The notes below the pieces were generated by a model. That model ran no database searches, was not told the DNA's origin, and saw only the letters and a list, made by a program, of their open reading frames with translations. Position numbers and translations under genes: made by a program. This document shows, piece by piece, positions 10,405 through 20,911 of a DNA stretch of 64,000 nucleotides. The stretch covers positions 1,934 to 65,933 of the IMG/VR virus record IMGVR_UViG_3300046170_000320; one strand, written 5' to 3'. The stretch's first letter is position 1; each line of letters starts with the position of its first letter. Source of the DNA: a virus. Its lineage: Duplodnaviria > Caudoviricetes.

Positions 10405-12862
10405 TAGAATAATTTTTTTAGTCTTGTTGTATAATCTCCAAACTCGTAGTAATCAGCATCTATTTGTAACATTCTGTCCTTCATTTCGTAAAATACTTCT
10501 TGCTGTGTAGTCGATGTAATTTTAGCTAGCTCTTCGTCTGTCAATGCTTCTTTAAATACTGCAACAGATCTTACGTTTCCGTAGAAATCACTTGTGCCAT
10601 TAGCCTCTTGAAATTCTAATATGTTAAGTCCTATTGGAGAATTTCCAGTAGTGTCTACTGCAATACTACTTCCGTTAACCCATAAAGCAAAGTCATTTTC
10701 TTTGTATTTAACTGCAATTTTATTATAATTTGTTATTTCACTAATGATTGTTGATTTAAACATTGAATAAGTTCCATTTGATTGAACATAAGAATATAAA
10801 TCATCAGAGTTAATTCTTAAAACCACCCTATTGTTTAATGTACCATCTGAAATTGATATTGCTCTATTTGTGTTTGTATCAGTCAAAGCAGCTATTTCCG
10901 CGTATAAAACACCCTCTGTTGAGTTTATTAAATCGCTTGAACCTGCATTGTTGCAAACTTCTGCATTTCGAGTTACGGTAGAACCTGAAGTTGGTATGTA
11001 TGAAGTTGCGTAAGATAAATCTTCATACTTGCGCTCCCCAAACTTCTATTACCTCAAAATAGTTGTGTTACTACCTCCCTAGTATCTACTGCGTAGAAAT
11101 TTGATGAAATTTCTGTTGTTGAATTTAATTCAAATCTCTGCCAATTTTCTGTAATTGTAAATGAATTATTTGTGTTTGTGTTGTGGGATAATAATTGTAA
11201 AGTACCAGTCCCACTAACAGTTTTCGCATAAATTGTTCTTGCATAATTACCAAACACCCCACCACTCTTCACAATATAAGAATTTGAACCAGTAGAAACA
11301 ACTTTTGTAGCGTTGCTGCTTCCATCAGGTGCTAAAAACCCTGTTTGTGTTGTTACTTCGTTACTACTCCAAAAGCTAAAATCTTCTGAATAAGGCAATA
11401 AATTAGTTGACTGCGGTTCTAACAACAAACTCCCAGTTCCATCTGTATAATCTATTCTTGGTATGTCTGTGTCGTCTGTTATTTCTATTAATGAAACACT
11501 GTTTAAGGTTATATCTACGTCAGCACTTGCTCTGTAAAATTTAATTGCAGTTGACCCAGTAGGGTTTATAATTCTTGTTGTTATTCCAGATGTATTAAAC
11601 GTTTCGCTTATACCATTTCCGTCTATTTTTATACTACCGCTTGTTACGAGTGCAACATCAACAGTTAATTTATATTTTTTGCCAGCAGTCATAATAAAAC
11701 TTGTTACTAACTGCGTAACTGGCGATGTGTTTAAAAACTTTAATCTTGCAGTACTACCGTCAAATACCACAAAATTATTAGCATCAGAATTATTAACCGT
11801 CCAATTCTGTCCGACCTCTTTGACTGATACGTTGTCTAATAAACAATTACTAACTGATATGGTTCTTTTTATTTTAAAAGTAGTTGAAGTTGCAACAAAA
11901 TAAATCTCGTTGAAACCATTAACAAAGTTGATTGTTGAACCCACAATTATCGACCCATCTAATCCTAAACTGCCAGTTGTAACATTTACATCACAAGTAA
12001 GTTTATAAGCCTTACCAATAGTAAGTATATTTAGTTGTCGAATACTTATATTAGCATCGGTTGATATAATTCTTGCCCCTCCTTGTTCCCAAGTTATAGT
12101 ATTTGTTGAATTAACACCATCTGCTACCCAACCACTCAAATCTGTGTCAAAAGTACCATTAGTAATTTCTTCACTACCTATCTGCTCAAAATCTCCGTTT
12201 TGTACTAACTCCCCACTTAGTATCTGTACGTTTTTTATCAGCCCGTCTTTTGTAACGCGCGTTGCTGCAGATCCTCTTGTAAAGTCAAAGTCTGCGTCTG
12301 TTACTTCTTTTACGCTTACGTTGTCTATTGAAGCATTTGTTCCACTTAATGGATTTATTCTTAAAAGACCATCAGTTGTTGGTTGCCCATAATAAGTATA
12401 AGTTCCTGTTTCAGTGAAATAATTACTAAAATTTACACCAATACCAATTCTCAAACCACCACTTGTTATTTCTGTTATTTCAAATGTAGCTTTATATGTT
12501 TTTGACGTATCTAAAACATCTTGATATATACTTCCTGTTGTTGAATTTGTTGCAGTTGCCTTACCATTAGCAATACTCCAAGAACTTCCATAACTCCAAT
12601 CACTATCAGTAGCAAAATCGCCATTAGTAATTAATTCAGGACCAAAAGTTTGAACAGGCCTTAAACTAGGATACACGCCATTACTGTATCCACAGGGCGC
12701 GTTTAAAATACTAGATTTATCATCTAGTGTGTATGGTGTTAAAAAGTTATTGAGCCTTACGTTTGCTCCAGCTCTATTTTCTACGTATTCACTTCTTCTG
12801 TCAACGCTACTTATCATATCGTTGAAAGAGCTAGAACTAATCTCTTTCGTAGTTAATCCCAT
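10404..12862 (-). CDS. Larger paralogous spike/fibre protein with CBM-like repeats and LamG (indels near 11030-11080)
   Basis: ELITNGDF...IDNVSVKEV repeats; same PRIDYTD/LLEPQSTNL/YATSYIPT modules as 9205-10404. Confidence 0.7.
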
Positions 12863-12868
12863 AGGCTA

Positions 12869-13126
12869 CTAGTAATATGCTAAAACGTCCTGTGCAGTAG
12901 AATTACCTCCTGATATAATAGCTGAAACTATTACTGGTAAGAAACTACCACTAGGTATATTTCTAAATACAACTGTATCACCTGCATCGTTGCCAACTGG
13001 TTGAACCTCTAGATCTCCACTTGTACCAATATATAAAGCAGCAGAGTTAAGCCCGCTTACGCCAGCAGCTACGTTTACTGAAACAGCTTTTACCGCATAG
13101 TCCGGTTGATTACCGTATTGTCCCAT
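12869..13126 (-). CDS. Spike base protein (RcGTA Rcc01079-like)
   Basis: ALYIGTSGDLEV...TVVFRNIPSGSFLPV pattern; immediately upstream of the spike fibre gene. Confidence 0.6.
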   Translation of the reverse strand: MGQYGNQPDYAVKAVSVNVAAGVSGLNSAALYIGTSGDLEVQPVGNDAGDTVVFRNIPSGSFLPVIVSAIISGGNSTAQDVLAYY

Positions 13127-13128
13127 AT

Positions 13129-13530
13129 TTATTTATTTTTATTTGTTATTGATTTTGCTTTTTCCCACGTGCGGCCTACAAAATACGCGCCATACACTGT
13201 AACTAAAAGAGTTTGGAATATTGGTATATACTCTTCTGATATTTTAAATTGTCCAATGTTGCCATCAAAAAATGCACATACAGTAAATATAACTGTTAAG
13301 TATATAAGTACCATTGGACGAATATTTTTAGACAAGAACGAATCAGACTGCATGTCTGACTGCCATCTTGCTGTAACTTGTTCCTGCGCTTCTTTATCTG
13401 CTTTCTCAAGTATTTCAGTTATTAGCCTTTGAGCCTCTAACTTTTCTTCCTTGGTAGTAGTTAGTTTATCAATAACATCACCAACTTCTTTGATGACATT
13501 ACCTGTTAACCATTCCCAAATTTTCTTCAT
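13129..13530 (-). CDS. Holin-like membrane protein (GTA 3TM holin type)
   Basis: RWQSDMQSDSFLSKNIRP, two hydrophobic segments, YFVGRTWEK. Confidence 0.7.
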   Translation of the reverse strand: MKKIWEWLTGNVIKEVGDVIDKLTTTKEEKLEAQRLITEILEKADKEAQEQVTARWQSDMQSDSFLSKNIRPMVLIYLTVIFTVCAFFDGNIGQFKISEEYIPIFQTLLVTVYGAYFVGRTWEKAKSITNKNK

Positions 13531-13838
13531 TATGCTTTTTTATAAGCCTCAGCTTCCCAAGGCAGGTTCTTAGCACCTTCTTGCATTTGTGCTCTTGAGT
13601 ATTTTTTACCTTTCCAGTATACGTATTTATCGTCGTAATTAAGATCACCACGCTTCATTTGATCTATATGAACCTTTTCGTGGTTTATAACGTCCTGGAT
13701 TTTATTTATTGGAACATTTTTATTTATAATAATAGTTCCATTGTTATTGGCTTTACCCATAACCCCGTCTTCCATATCTACTTGATATATTGGAGTGTTG
13801 TCTATTGTATACGGAGGATTATTAAGTTTAAAAGCCAT
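13530..13838 (-). CDS. Small zincin-like metallopeptidase
   Basis: HEKVH (HExxH) and PWEAEAY third-ligand motif. Confidence 0.65.
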   Translation of the reverse strand: MAFKLNNPPYTIDNTPIYQVDMEDGVMGKANNNGTIIINKNVPINKIQDVINHEKVHIDQMKRGDLNYDDKYVYWKGKKYSRAQMQEGAKNLPWEAEAYKKA

Positions 13839-13840
13839 AG

Positions 13841-13996
13841 TTAATTTTTATAAGGAAACATCTTATTTAATGCTCCTTTTCTAGCAGCGCAGCCGCAAGG
13901 GATGTTTAACCCCTTGCTGACTGTATCTACTACTTTTTTGATACCAGTAGCTTTAGTAAACTTTTCTATATCGTCTCCTAAACCTGTTGATTTCAT
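13841..13996 (-). CDS. 51-aa CGC-motif phage protein, not in the ORF track
   Basis: MKSTGLGDDIEKFTKATGIKKVV...PCGCAARKGALNKMFPYKN. Confidence 0.65.
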   Translation of the reverse strand: MKSTGLGDDIEKFTKATGIKKVVDTVSKGLNIPCGCAARKGALNKMFPYKN

Positions 13997-14298
13997 TAAA
14001 AACCTTTATCGTATTCTATAGAACTAATAGTATAATTGCTAGATGCTGGAACTTCAAGTACTCTACCTCCTGGTTTAGCTGTTAAAGCTTTATTTATAGC
14101 GATTATAAGAGCATCTCTTTCGTCTAGAGATCCTGTTTGCAATAACCAATAACCAGTAAGCGTTCTGCCTGGATCTCCCAACATAGCGGTAGATTTTGTA
14201 ACAATCTCAACATTAGGGGTTGCAGAGTCGACGTCGTGGACTAATATAATAGAATCAGCATTTATAAGCTGCGAGTTTATTTTTAAATATTGTGTCAT
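13996..14298 (-). CDS. Hypothetical protein, paralog A
   Basis: LKINSQLINADSI...AINKALTAKPGG shared with neighbour. Confidence 0.6.
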   Translation of the reverse strand: MTQYLKINSQLINADSIILVHDVDSATPNVEIVTKSTAMLGDPGRTLTGYWLLQTGSLDERDALIIAINKALTAKPGGRVLEVPASSNYTISSIEYDKGF

Positions 14299-14309
14299 TT
14301 TTTTTTTTT

Positions 14310-14615
14310 TTAAATGTCTTCGAAATTACCAAAGCCAACGGTGTTATATTTGAAATTTGCTTCAACAACTGAACCAGAGGGAGCTGCTATTAAAGCTTTA
14401 TTAATTTTTTGTATAGCATCTTGCGGTGCTATACCGTTCAGGATAAGAATAATTGTATTTTGGACTACTGAGCCATCGGCCAAGCCGGTTTTAAATGTGG
14501 ATGATGTTAAGTATATAAGAATCCCTATTCCCGGTATATTCTGATACTCTTCAATAGATACAATTTCATCAGCATTAATTACTAATGAGTCTGATATTTT
14601 TAGTCTTGTTGACAT
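14310..14615 (-). CDS. Hypothetical protein, paralog B
   Basis: LKISDSLVINADEI...KINKALIAAPSG. Confidence 0.6.
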   Translation of the reverse strand: MSTRLKISDSLVINADEIVSIEEYQNIPGIGILIYLTSSTFKTGLADGSVVQNTIILILNGIAPQDAIQKINKALIAAPSGSVVEANFKYNTVGFGNFEDI

Positions 14616-14669
14616 ATTTTTTTGAGTTTATGTTAATGTTTTTTTTTAGGTTTTACAGATTACTACTGT

Positions 14670-16312
14670 TTATTTATCAAAGTGTCCTTTTTGTCTGCGT
14701 AATTCGTTAAGTGCTTTCAACTTTCTTTTCATGTCAGCTATTTTTTGAGAATCGTCGCTGCTTAAGCTTCTAGGATTAGCTGAAGGACTGGCTGGAATAT
14801 CTCCAAAGTCACCTTTCTGTCTTCTAAGCTCATTATGGGCAGATAGCTTGGATTTCGTATCTTTTAGTTTTTTATCATCGTCATGATCTCCACCGTGCAT
14901 TTTAGCTGGACTATGTCCCATGTGTAAAGCAGACTTTGAGTGCTTTGACATCCATGATCCTCCACTAGCGTGTTTAGCTACTGGGTTATCATGCATTAAG
15001 TTGTATTTTTCTTGTTTGTTTGATTCCATGTTTGTTTTTTTTAGAAGCAGTGTTTAGCCGCTGGTGATTTGTGTTTTTTATCGTATTTCATATCTCCAGC
15101 AAGCTTAGAGATGTGTTTTTCATCTGCAGTCATATTAGCATCACTATAACCGTGTTTAGCATCATACTTAATATCTTGTTTTAAATAATCAATATGAGCA
15201 GCATCGTCTTTTTCTGTAGCTTTATAGTTACTAGCAGTTACTTTTGTGTGAGCGTGATCCATACAGCATCTAGCATTACCTGTGTATTTTCCGTAGTGTC
15301 CTTTTTCCATTTTTTATATTTTAACGCAACTCATACTTGTGTTACCTTTTGAGTCTGTGATTTTTTTATATTTCATACCAGTACCAAGGCCAGGTTTTCC
15401 TTCGCACTCTTCCTTAGCATTTTTTCTTGCAACATTAGCATCAAACTTTTCAGCTCCTTCCGCTATACCTTTAAACATGTTCATATATAAATCTGCAGTT
15501 GGTCTATAGTCACTAGCGCTCATACCACCTCCAACATAACCACCTTGGTTTAATGGACTAGTGTCCATATCTGGTCTTTCAAAAGACATAGATACTCTAG
15601 TATCCTCATCGTAAGATTTACTTGATTTTTTGTTTTTCAGCTTCTTAGCTTTATCTAAGAGCTTAACTACTTTTTCATCAGAGTAATTGTAACCACCAGT
15701 TTCACCACCTCTTTCAGATCTTTTCTGAGCTCTTTTAATAAGTCTGTCTGCTCTGTTTTTACCTAACTGTTTCATAGGTGAATTACCCATGTACTTTTCT
15801 GAAAACTTTGTCATTACTTGTATACTTTAGCTTTGCTAGTAATTGGTCCAGCTTCATACTTGCAAGGATATTTAGATACTTCTAAACCAGTAATACCATT
15901 GCTATTACCAACACCCATTGGGAAACCTTCTTTACTTAATGGCCCGTCCCAAATAGCATTTTCACCTACTTGTCCTGCTAAATCAGATTTTAATTGTTTT
16001 ATATCTTTCATGTTTTTATTTTTTGTATTTACAACCTTTTTTAGCTAGTGCACTTCCATACATACCTGGCATTTGCTGACCAAACATTTGGCTTGCAACT
16101 TGCTGTGTTTGCGGTGGAAATACATTATTAGCTGACTGCGCTGGCGCCACTGGCATACCTGTCATAGGATCTACAATAGGCTGCATTTGCTTAGCAGGCG
16201 AATCATAGTTCATGTTAGCTGCGCTAGATTTATTGATAGCATCGTACTTAGCCTGTTCCCAGTCGTCGATCTTACCGTTTTTGTTGATGTCTTTTACTTC
16301 GTATTTAGCCAT
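14670..16312 (-). CDS. Cluster of five small, mostly basic, low-complexity proteins (14670-15029, 15041-15310, 15314-15814, 15814-16011, 16016-16312)
   Basis: Abutting ORFs with A-rich leaders; K/H/M/G-rich; SP(A/M/L)x motifs. Confidence 0.6.
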
Positions 16313-16314
16313 AG

Positions 16315-16755
16315 CTATCTGTTTTTATCTTTGTTCACATTATAAATAGCTTTAGTCATAACCTTGTCAGTGTATGTCTCGCCATTAATTATTTTATTTC
16401 GTCTACCTGTGTTTATATCTTCTTCGCCTAGCATTATTCTGTATATTCTACTTATAAGCTGCTTGCCTTTAAAAGACACTTTATATATATGGTATTTTTG
16501 AGTGGTTCTGTTTCTATGTCTCCAGACTTTAATCCAGTCCTGCTTTAGCAGCCTGTTCCATCTTCGGTTATCCCAGCTGTAAGAATAAACACCCATCTCA
16601 AAGTCTTTCTTAGTGAAAAACTCCATACAATCAAGGTATATAAGAAGTTCTAGATCTGCATCATTTAAATCATTATTACGACAGGCCCATTTTCTTATAA
16701 TGCGATAGTGTTTCAAGAGGTTTAGTTCTCTAATGTCACTAGCGGCTAATCTCAT
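16315..16755 (-). CDS. Winged-helix (MarR-like) protein
   Basis: LNDADLELLIYL...RLLKQDWIKVW...YKVSFKGKQLI resembles a wHTH wing. Confidence 0.5.
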   Translation of the reverse strand: MRLAASDIRELNLLKHYRIIRKWACRNNDLNDADLELLIYLDCMEFFTKKDFEMGVYSYSWDNRRWNRLLKQDWIKVWRHRNRTTQKYHIYKVSFKGKQLISRIYRIMLGEEDINTGRRNKIINGETYTDKVMTKAIYNVNKDKNR

Positions 16756-17015
16756 AATACAACGACTATGTCACCTGATTTTATAACGTGATAAGATTCT
16801 TTATCAACTTCTATTTTGTGGCCAGCGTGACGATCAAAGTATATTACATCATTTGGTTTAACACCTGCTACTTCGTCTCCTGCAGAAACTACTGTAGCTT
16901 GAATATAACGTATATCGTCTCTTTGGCTTTCAGCAAGTAAGAGACCACCAGTTGTTTTGGTAGTCCCTTCTTTTGCTTTATTTATTATTAAGTTTCTACC
17001 TATTGCTTTCATCAA
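16752..17015 (-). CDS. groES: Co-chaperonin GroES
   Basis: TTGGLLL mobile loop, VVSAGDEV, VKPNDVIYF; adjacent to groEL. Confidence 0.85.
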   Translation of the reverse strand: MMKAIGRNLIINKAKEGTTKTTGGLLLAESQRDDIRYIQATVVSAGDEVAGVKPNDVIYFDRHAGHKIEVDKESYHVIKSGDIVVVL

Positions 17016-18553
17016 TTCTTAAATTATTAATTACACAATCAGTAGATAATATTGTTGTTGCTACAGAAGCTGCATTTTGAAGAGCGCTCTTGGTGACTAG
17101 TAGTGGATCTATAATACCCGACTTAATCATATTTACCATTTTTCCTGTAACCACATTATAGCCTTGTCCTTTTCTTGTTGGTGTTTCAACATCTTGAACA
17201 CCTGCGTTTTCAAGTATAGTTTCAAAAGGAGCTTTAATAGCATCTAGCAAAACTGTTTCACCTATTGACTTAGCTGTTATATTTGTTGCAGCGTTTAATA
17301 GAGCAATACCACCACCAGGAACAATCCCTTCTTTGATAGCAGCTTTAGTAGCACAGATAGCATCTTCGACTCCTATCTGTTTTTTCTTTTAATTCTATTT
17401 CTGAATTAGCACCGACTTTTACTATTGCTATTTTAGCAGATAGCATGGCTAATCTTTTTTCAAGCTTTATAAGCTTATTAGGATTTTTTTCACTAGAAAG
17501 CTTAGATTTAATTTCATCTATAACCTCTATAACCTGTTGTGGTGATTCTTCTACTTGAAGTATCGTGTCCTCGTGTGATGTAACACTTTTAACGCAACCA
17601 CCTAAATGCTCAGGCTGTATCATTTCCATGTCATCGCCTAAGTCTTCATTTATAATAGTAGCACCAGTAAGCAGTGAAAGGTCTTGTAGCATCTGTTGTT
17701 TATTAATTCCATAAGTTGGAGCATCAATAACATTTACTTTAATGTTGCCTTTCATTTTATTCATAGCTAGAGCGGATAAAACACCTTGTTCTAAATCGCC
17801 TATAATAAGCAAAGGTTTGTTGTTTTTTATTACGTACTCTAGCACAGATTGAATCTGTCTTATTGTATCAACTGGTGATTCTAGTAAAAGTACTAGTGGA
17901 TTTTCTAGTTCAGCAGTTTTAGTTGCTTGGTTGGTTACAAAGTGTGAGTTCTTAAGACCTTTGTCGTATTGAACGCCATCAACAACTTCTACATGTGTTT
18001 TACCATCAGAAGCTGTTTCCATCATAACTACACCTGTGTTATCTACAGATCTAAATGCATCTGCAATAATCTCGCCAAGCACAGGATCATTGTTTGTAGA
18101 TATCGTAGCTATTTGATCTATCATACTACCTTTTACATCTACTGTTAATGACTTTAGGTATTTAACTGTTTTTTCAACAGCTGAATTAATACCGTCTTTT
18201 AACTCTCTTGAGTTTGTTTTATCAGCTACTTTATAAGCCTCGAGCAGTATAGCATGTGCTAGTACTGTGGCTGTTGTAGTTCCATCACCTGCTTCTTGTA
18301 CAGTTTTGCGGGCCGCCTCTTTTAAAAGCGTTGCACCCATGTTTTCTACTGGGTCTCGCAGTATTATTGAATCTGCAACTGTTACACCATCTTTGGTTAT
18401 GATTGGTCTTCCAGTGTGATCTTCTAACATAACGCATTTGCCGCTAGCTCCAAGAGTGGAACTAACAGCTTGCGTTAGTTTTTCAATTCCTTTAAATACA
18501 TTAACTCTAGCGTCCTCGCCGAAGTTAAGGTTTTTGACTATTGCGTCTGACAT
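16996..18553 (-). CDS. groEL: Chaperonin GroEL (one indel near 17370)
   Basis: [61 protein letters not shown]. Confidence 0.95.
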
Positions 18554-18585
18554 ATTAGATTAGATTTAATTTAAGTGTATTGGTT

Positions 18586-18876
18586 TTATTTAAAGGTCTT
18601 AACTACTTTAGGTCCGTTTAAAAATTCAACTTTCTTTTGGTAGTGTTCAATAGTTTTATCTATTGAAGTTTCAGCGGCTTCCATTGTCTCTCGCCGCGTA
18701 ACATCCTTCCAGGTTTCTTCATTGCGAAGATCTTGGTATTCTGTTTGGTAATAACCGTTTGGTAATTGAACTATGCGCCAGTTTGCTTTATCGGCTATAT
18801 GGTTCCATAGTTTGATTCGGTTTTCATCTGGTTGTGGTTGACTAGTCCACGAATTAGTCTCGTAATAAAACGTCAT
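18586..18876 (-). CDS. Hypothetical protein, first gene of the groEL operon
   Basis: 96 aa ORF after class II motif. Confidence 0.6.
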   Translation of the reverse strand: MTFYYETNSWTSQPQPDENRIKLWNHIADKANWRIVQLPNGYYQTEYQDLRNEETWKDVTRRETMEAAETSIDKTIEHYQKKVEFLNGPKVVKTFK

Positions 18877-18932
18877 TGGTTTTGGTTTTTATGTTATTAT
18901 TTGGTTTGCACTCACCCGTGCCGGGTATACTT

Positions 18933-18963
18933 TATATACTCACTTGGTTTTAGTGATTTTTAC
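18933..18963 (-). promoter_or_regulatory. Class II promoter-like motif GTAA-N16-GTGAGTATATA
   Basis: Repeat family; followed by a small acccg/cgggt leader hairpin. Confidence 0.7.
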
Positions 18964-20900
18964 TAATGCGCTTTTGCTTGTATTACAATCCATTCAGATC
19001 CTGTTGAATAAACAGCAACGCCTTCGTATGATTTTGATATTTGAAAAAAAGTATCGCCGTCTATAGTTTCCCCGCCTGTTGCTGTAATATTTATTTTATC
19101 ATTAGCTCCAGAGTTAAGCGTTCCGTCTGTTGTGATTCTTATAACTCTATGTGTGTTTGATGAAGCAAGTGGTAAATTAAGTGTGCATGTACCATTACCT
19201 CCACTCCAACTTAGTAACACTAAATTATAGTTAGAATTAACAGTGCGGGTTGCGCCAGCAATAGCTGTTTCTAATTGAGGTGTTAGATATGCTAAACCTT
19301 CATTTCCTGAAGCTGCGGTATCATTAAAATTAATTTTAAGATCATTACCGTCTCTGTACAAGCCGCCTGTTGGAACACCTCCAGCAGTAGCATCGGTATC
19401 AGAAGCAAACTCAAGAGTTTCTTGTTGAGGTAGTATAATTCTTGGTATTTGATCAACACCGCCACCACCTCTTGTTACACCGCCCTCTGTGATTATCATA
19501 GCGTTACTTTCGTCTACAGAACCTACACTTATTACAAACTTGGTATTACCTAATCCATTAGCATAGTCTGTAGCTGGGTAATCTCCAGTATCATTCCTAA
19601 ACCCTAACACCATATTTCCATCTATACCTTCTAGATTACTACCAAGCATAAAACTATTTTGACTAGTGTTGTCAATAGGACCTGTACAGTTTTCACCAAA
19701 AGCAAATTGAGAATCTTTTCCTCTTAAAAGATGTGAATAGCCTAACGCAAAAGCATTGTTAGGAGTTTGAACATTATTATCTCCTCCAGCTATAAAGCAT
19801 GAATAACTACCAAATAATAAATTATCATATCCTAGAATTTGAGATCTAACGGAGTTTCCAAAAGGTACATTAGCCCCGTTTATTTCATTGCTTTGACCAA
19901 TAACAAAGCAGTTGTCAGCATTGTTTGTAATCTTATTGCCTTGACCTACAGCTAATGAGTTATCTGAATCACTTAGTATTTGATTATTATTACCAACAGC
20001 TAGACAGTTGTCAGAGCCAGATACAATATCATTATTACCAGCGCCAATAACCATCGATGTGTTATCAACCTGTACACCACCAGGATTATTAGATAATACA
20101 ACTCCGTTTCTAAAATAAGCTGCTGGGCTAAGGTCTGTAGGTTTTCCTACGTCTAATGTTGCTCCTGTTGGATCATTTGTTCTACCTACAGCTAGTTTAT
20201 TTTCAAATCTAAAACCACCTGATTTATAATAACCACCGCTTTGCCCACCTGTTTTAAATGCAAAACCTAAAACTGTTCCTACTTTTTGACCTGAAAAAGT
20301 TTCAACGCCAAATCTATAATCACAATTAGCTCCAGCTGGAATACCTGTCGTTATTTCTACAGAATTTCCAGGATCTTGTGTAATAACACTATCGCCTAAA
20401 ACTCCATTACCGCCGTCTGTCCATATTGGTAGTGTATTGGTTATGCCAGTTCCTGTTACTGTTCCACTGCCGGCGCTAATCCACTCGACTCCAGTTCCCG
20501 TAGAACTTAATACTTGACCAGCAGTTCCAGAAAGACCACTACTGCCTTGCAATGGACAATTAATTCTAAGATAATCTCCATTAAAACTTCCCCGGCCATC
20601 AACTATTAAATCCCCATCTATTTGCAATCTTTTAGAAATTACAAAAAACTGGTTTGTGGGATTATATGTCATAAATGAATTACCTATCTTTTGGCCATCA
20701 GGCGTAAACATAGCCATAGTATTTAGAGTTCCACCCCCTGTTATAGCATCGGTTGAAGACACAACATAAGATGCTAAATTATCTATTGTTAAACTTTTTG
20801 TCCGATTTTTATTAGGAGCTGGTTGCTCTGAATCGGTGATAACTAAAAAGTCTCCACCTGCTGGTGATGATTTTTCTGGATAACTATAAATTATTGCCAT
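18963..20900 (-). CDS. Tail fibre/spike 1
   Basis: MAIIYSYP N-terminal module, GQVLSSTGTGVEW, YadA-like beta-roll repeats. Confidence 0.7.
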   Translation of the reverse strand: MAIIYSYPEKSSPAGGDFLVITDSEQPAPNKNRTKSLTIDNLASYVVSSTDAITGGGTLNTMAMFTPDGQKIGNSFMTYNPTNQFFVISKRLQIDGDLIVDGRGSFNGDYLRINCPLQGSSGLSGTAGQVLSSTGTGVEWISAGSGTVTGTGITNTLPIWTDGGNGVLGDSVITQDPGNSVEITTGIPAGANCDYRFGVETFSGQKVGTVLGFAFKTGGQSGGYYKSGGFRFENKLAVGRTNDPTGATLDVGKPTDLSPAAYFRNGVVLSNNPGGVQVDNTSMVIGAGNNDIVSGSDNCLAVGNNNQILSDSDNSLAVGQGNKITNNADNCFVIGQSNEINGANVPFGNSVRSQILGYDNLLFGSYSCFIAGGDNNVQTPNNAFALGYSHLLRGKDSQFAFGENCTGPIDNTSQNSFMLGSNLEGIDGNMVLGFRNDTGDYPATDYANGLGNTKFVISVGSVDESNAMIITEGGVTRGGGGVDQIPRIILPQQETLEFASDTDATAGGVPTGGLYRDGNDLKINFNDTAASGNEGLAYLTPQLETAIAGATRTVNSNYNLVLLSWSGGNGTCTLNLPLASSNTHRVIRITTDGTLNSGANDKINITATGGETIDGDTFFQISKSYEGVAVYSTGSEWIVIQAKAH

Positions 20901-20911
20901 TTATTATTTTA

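Noticed and set aside
9205-12862. Paralogous fibre blocks as DGR template/variable repeats
   Set aside because: No reverse transcriptase; differences are not adenine-restricted
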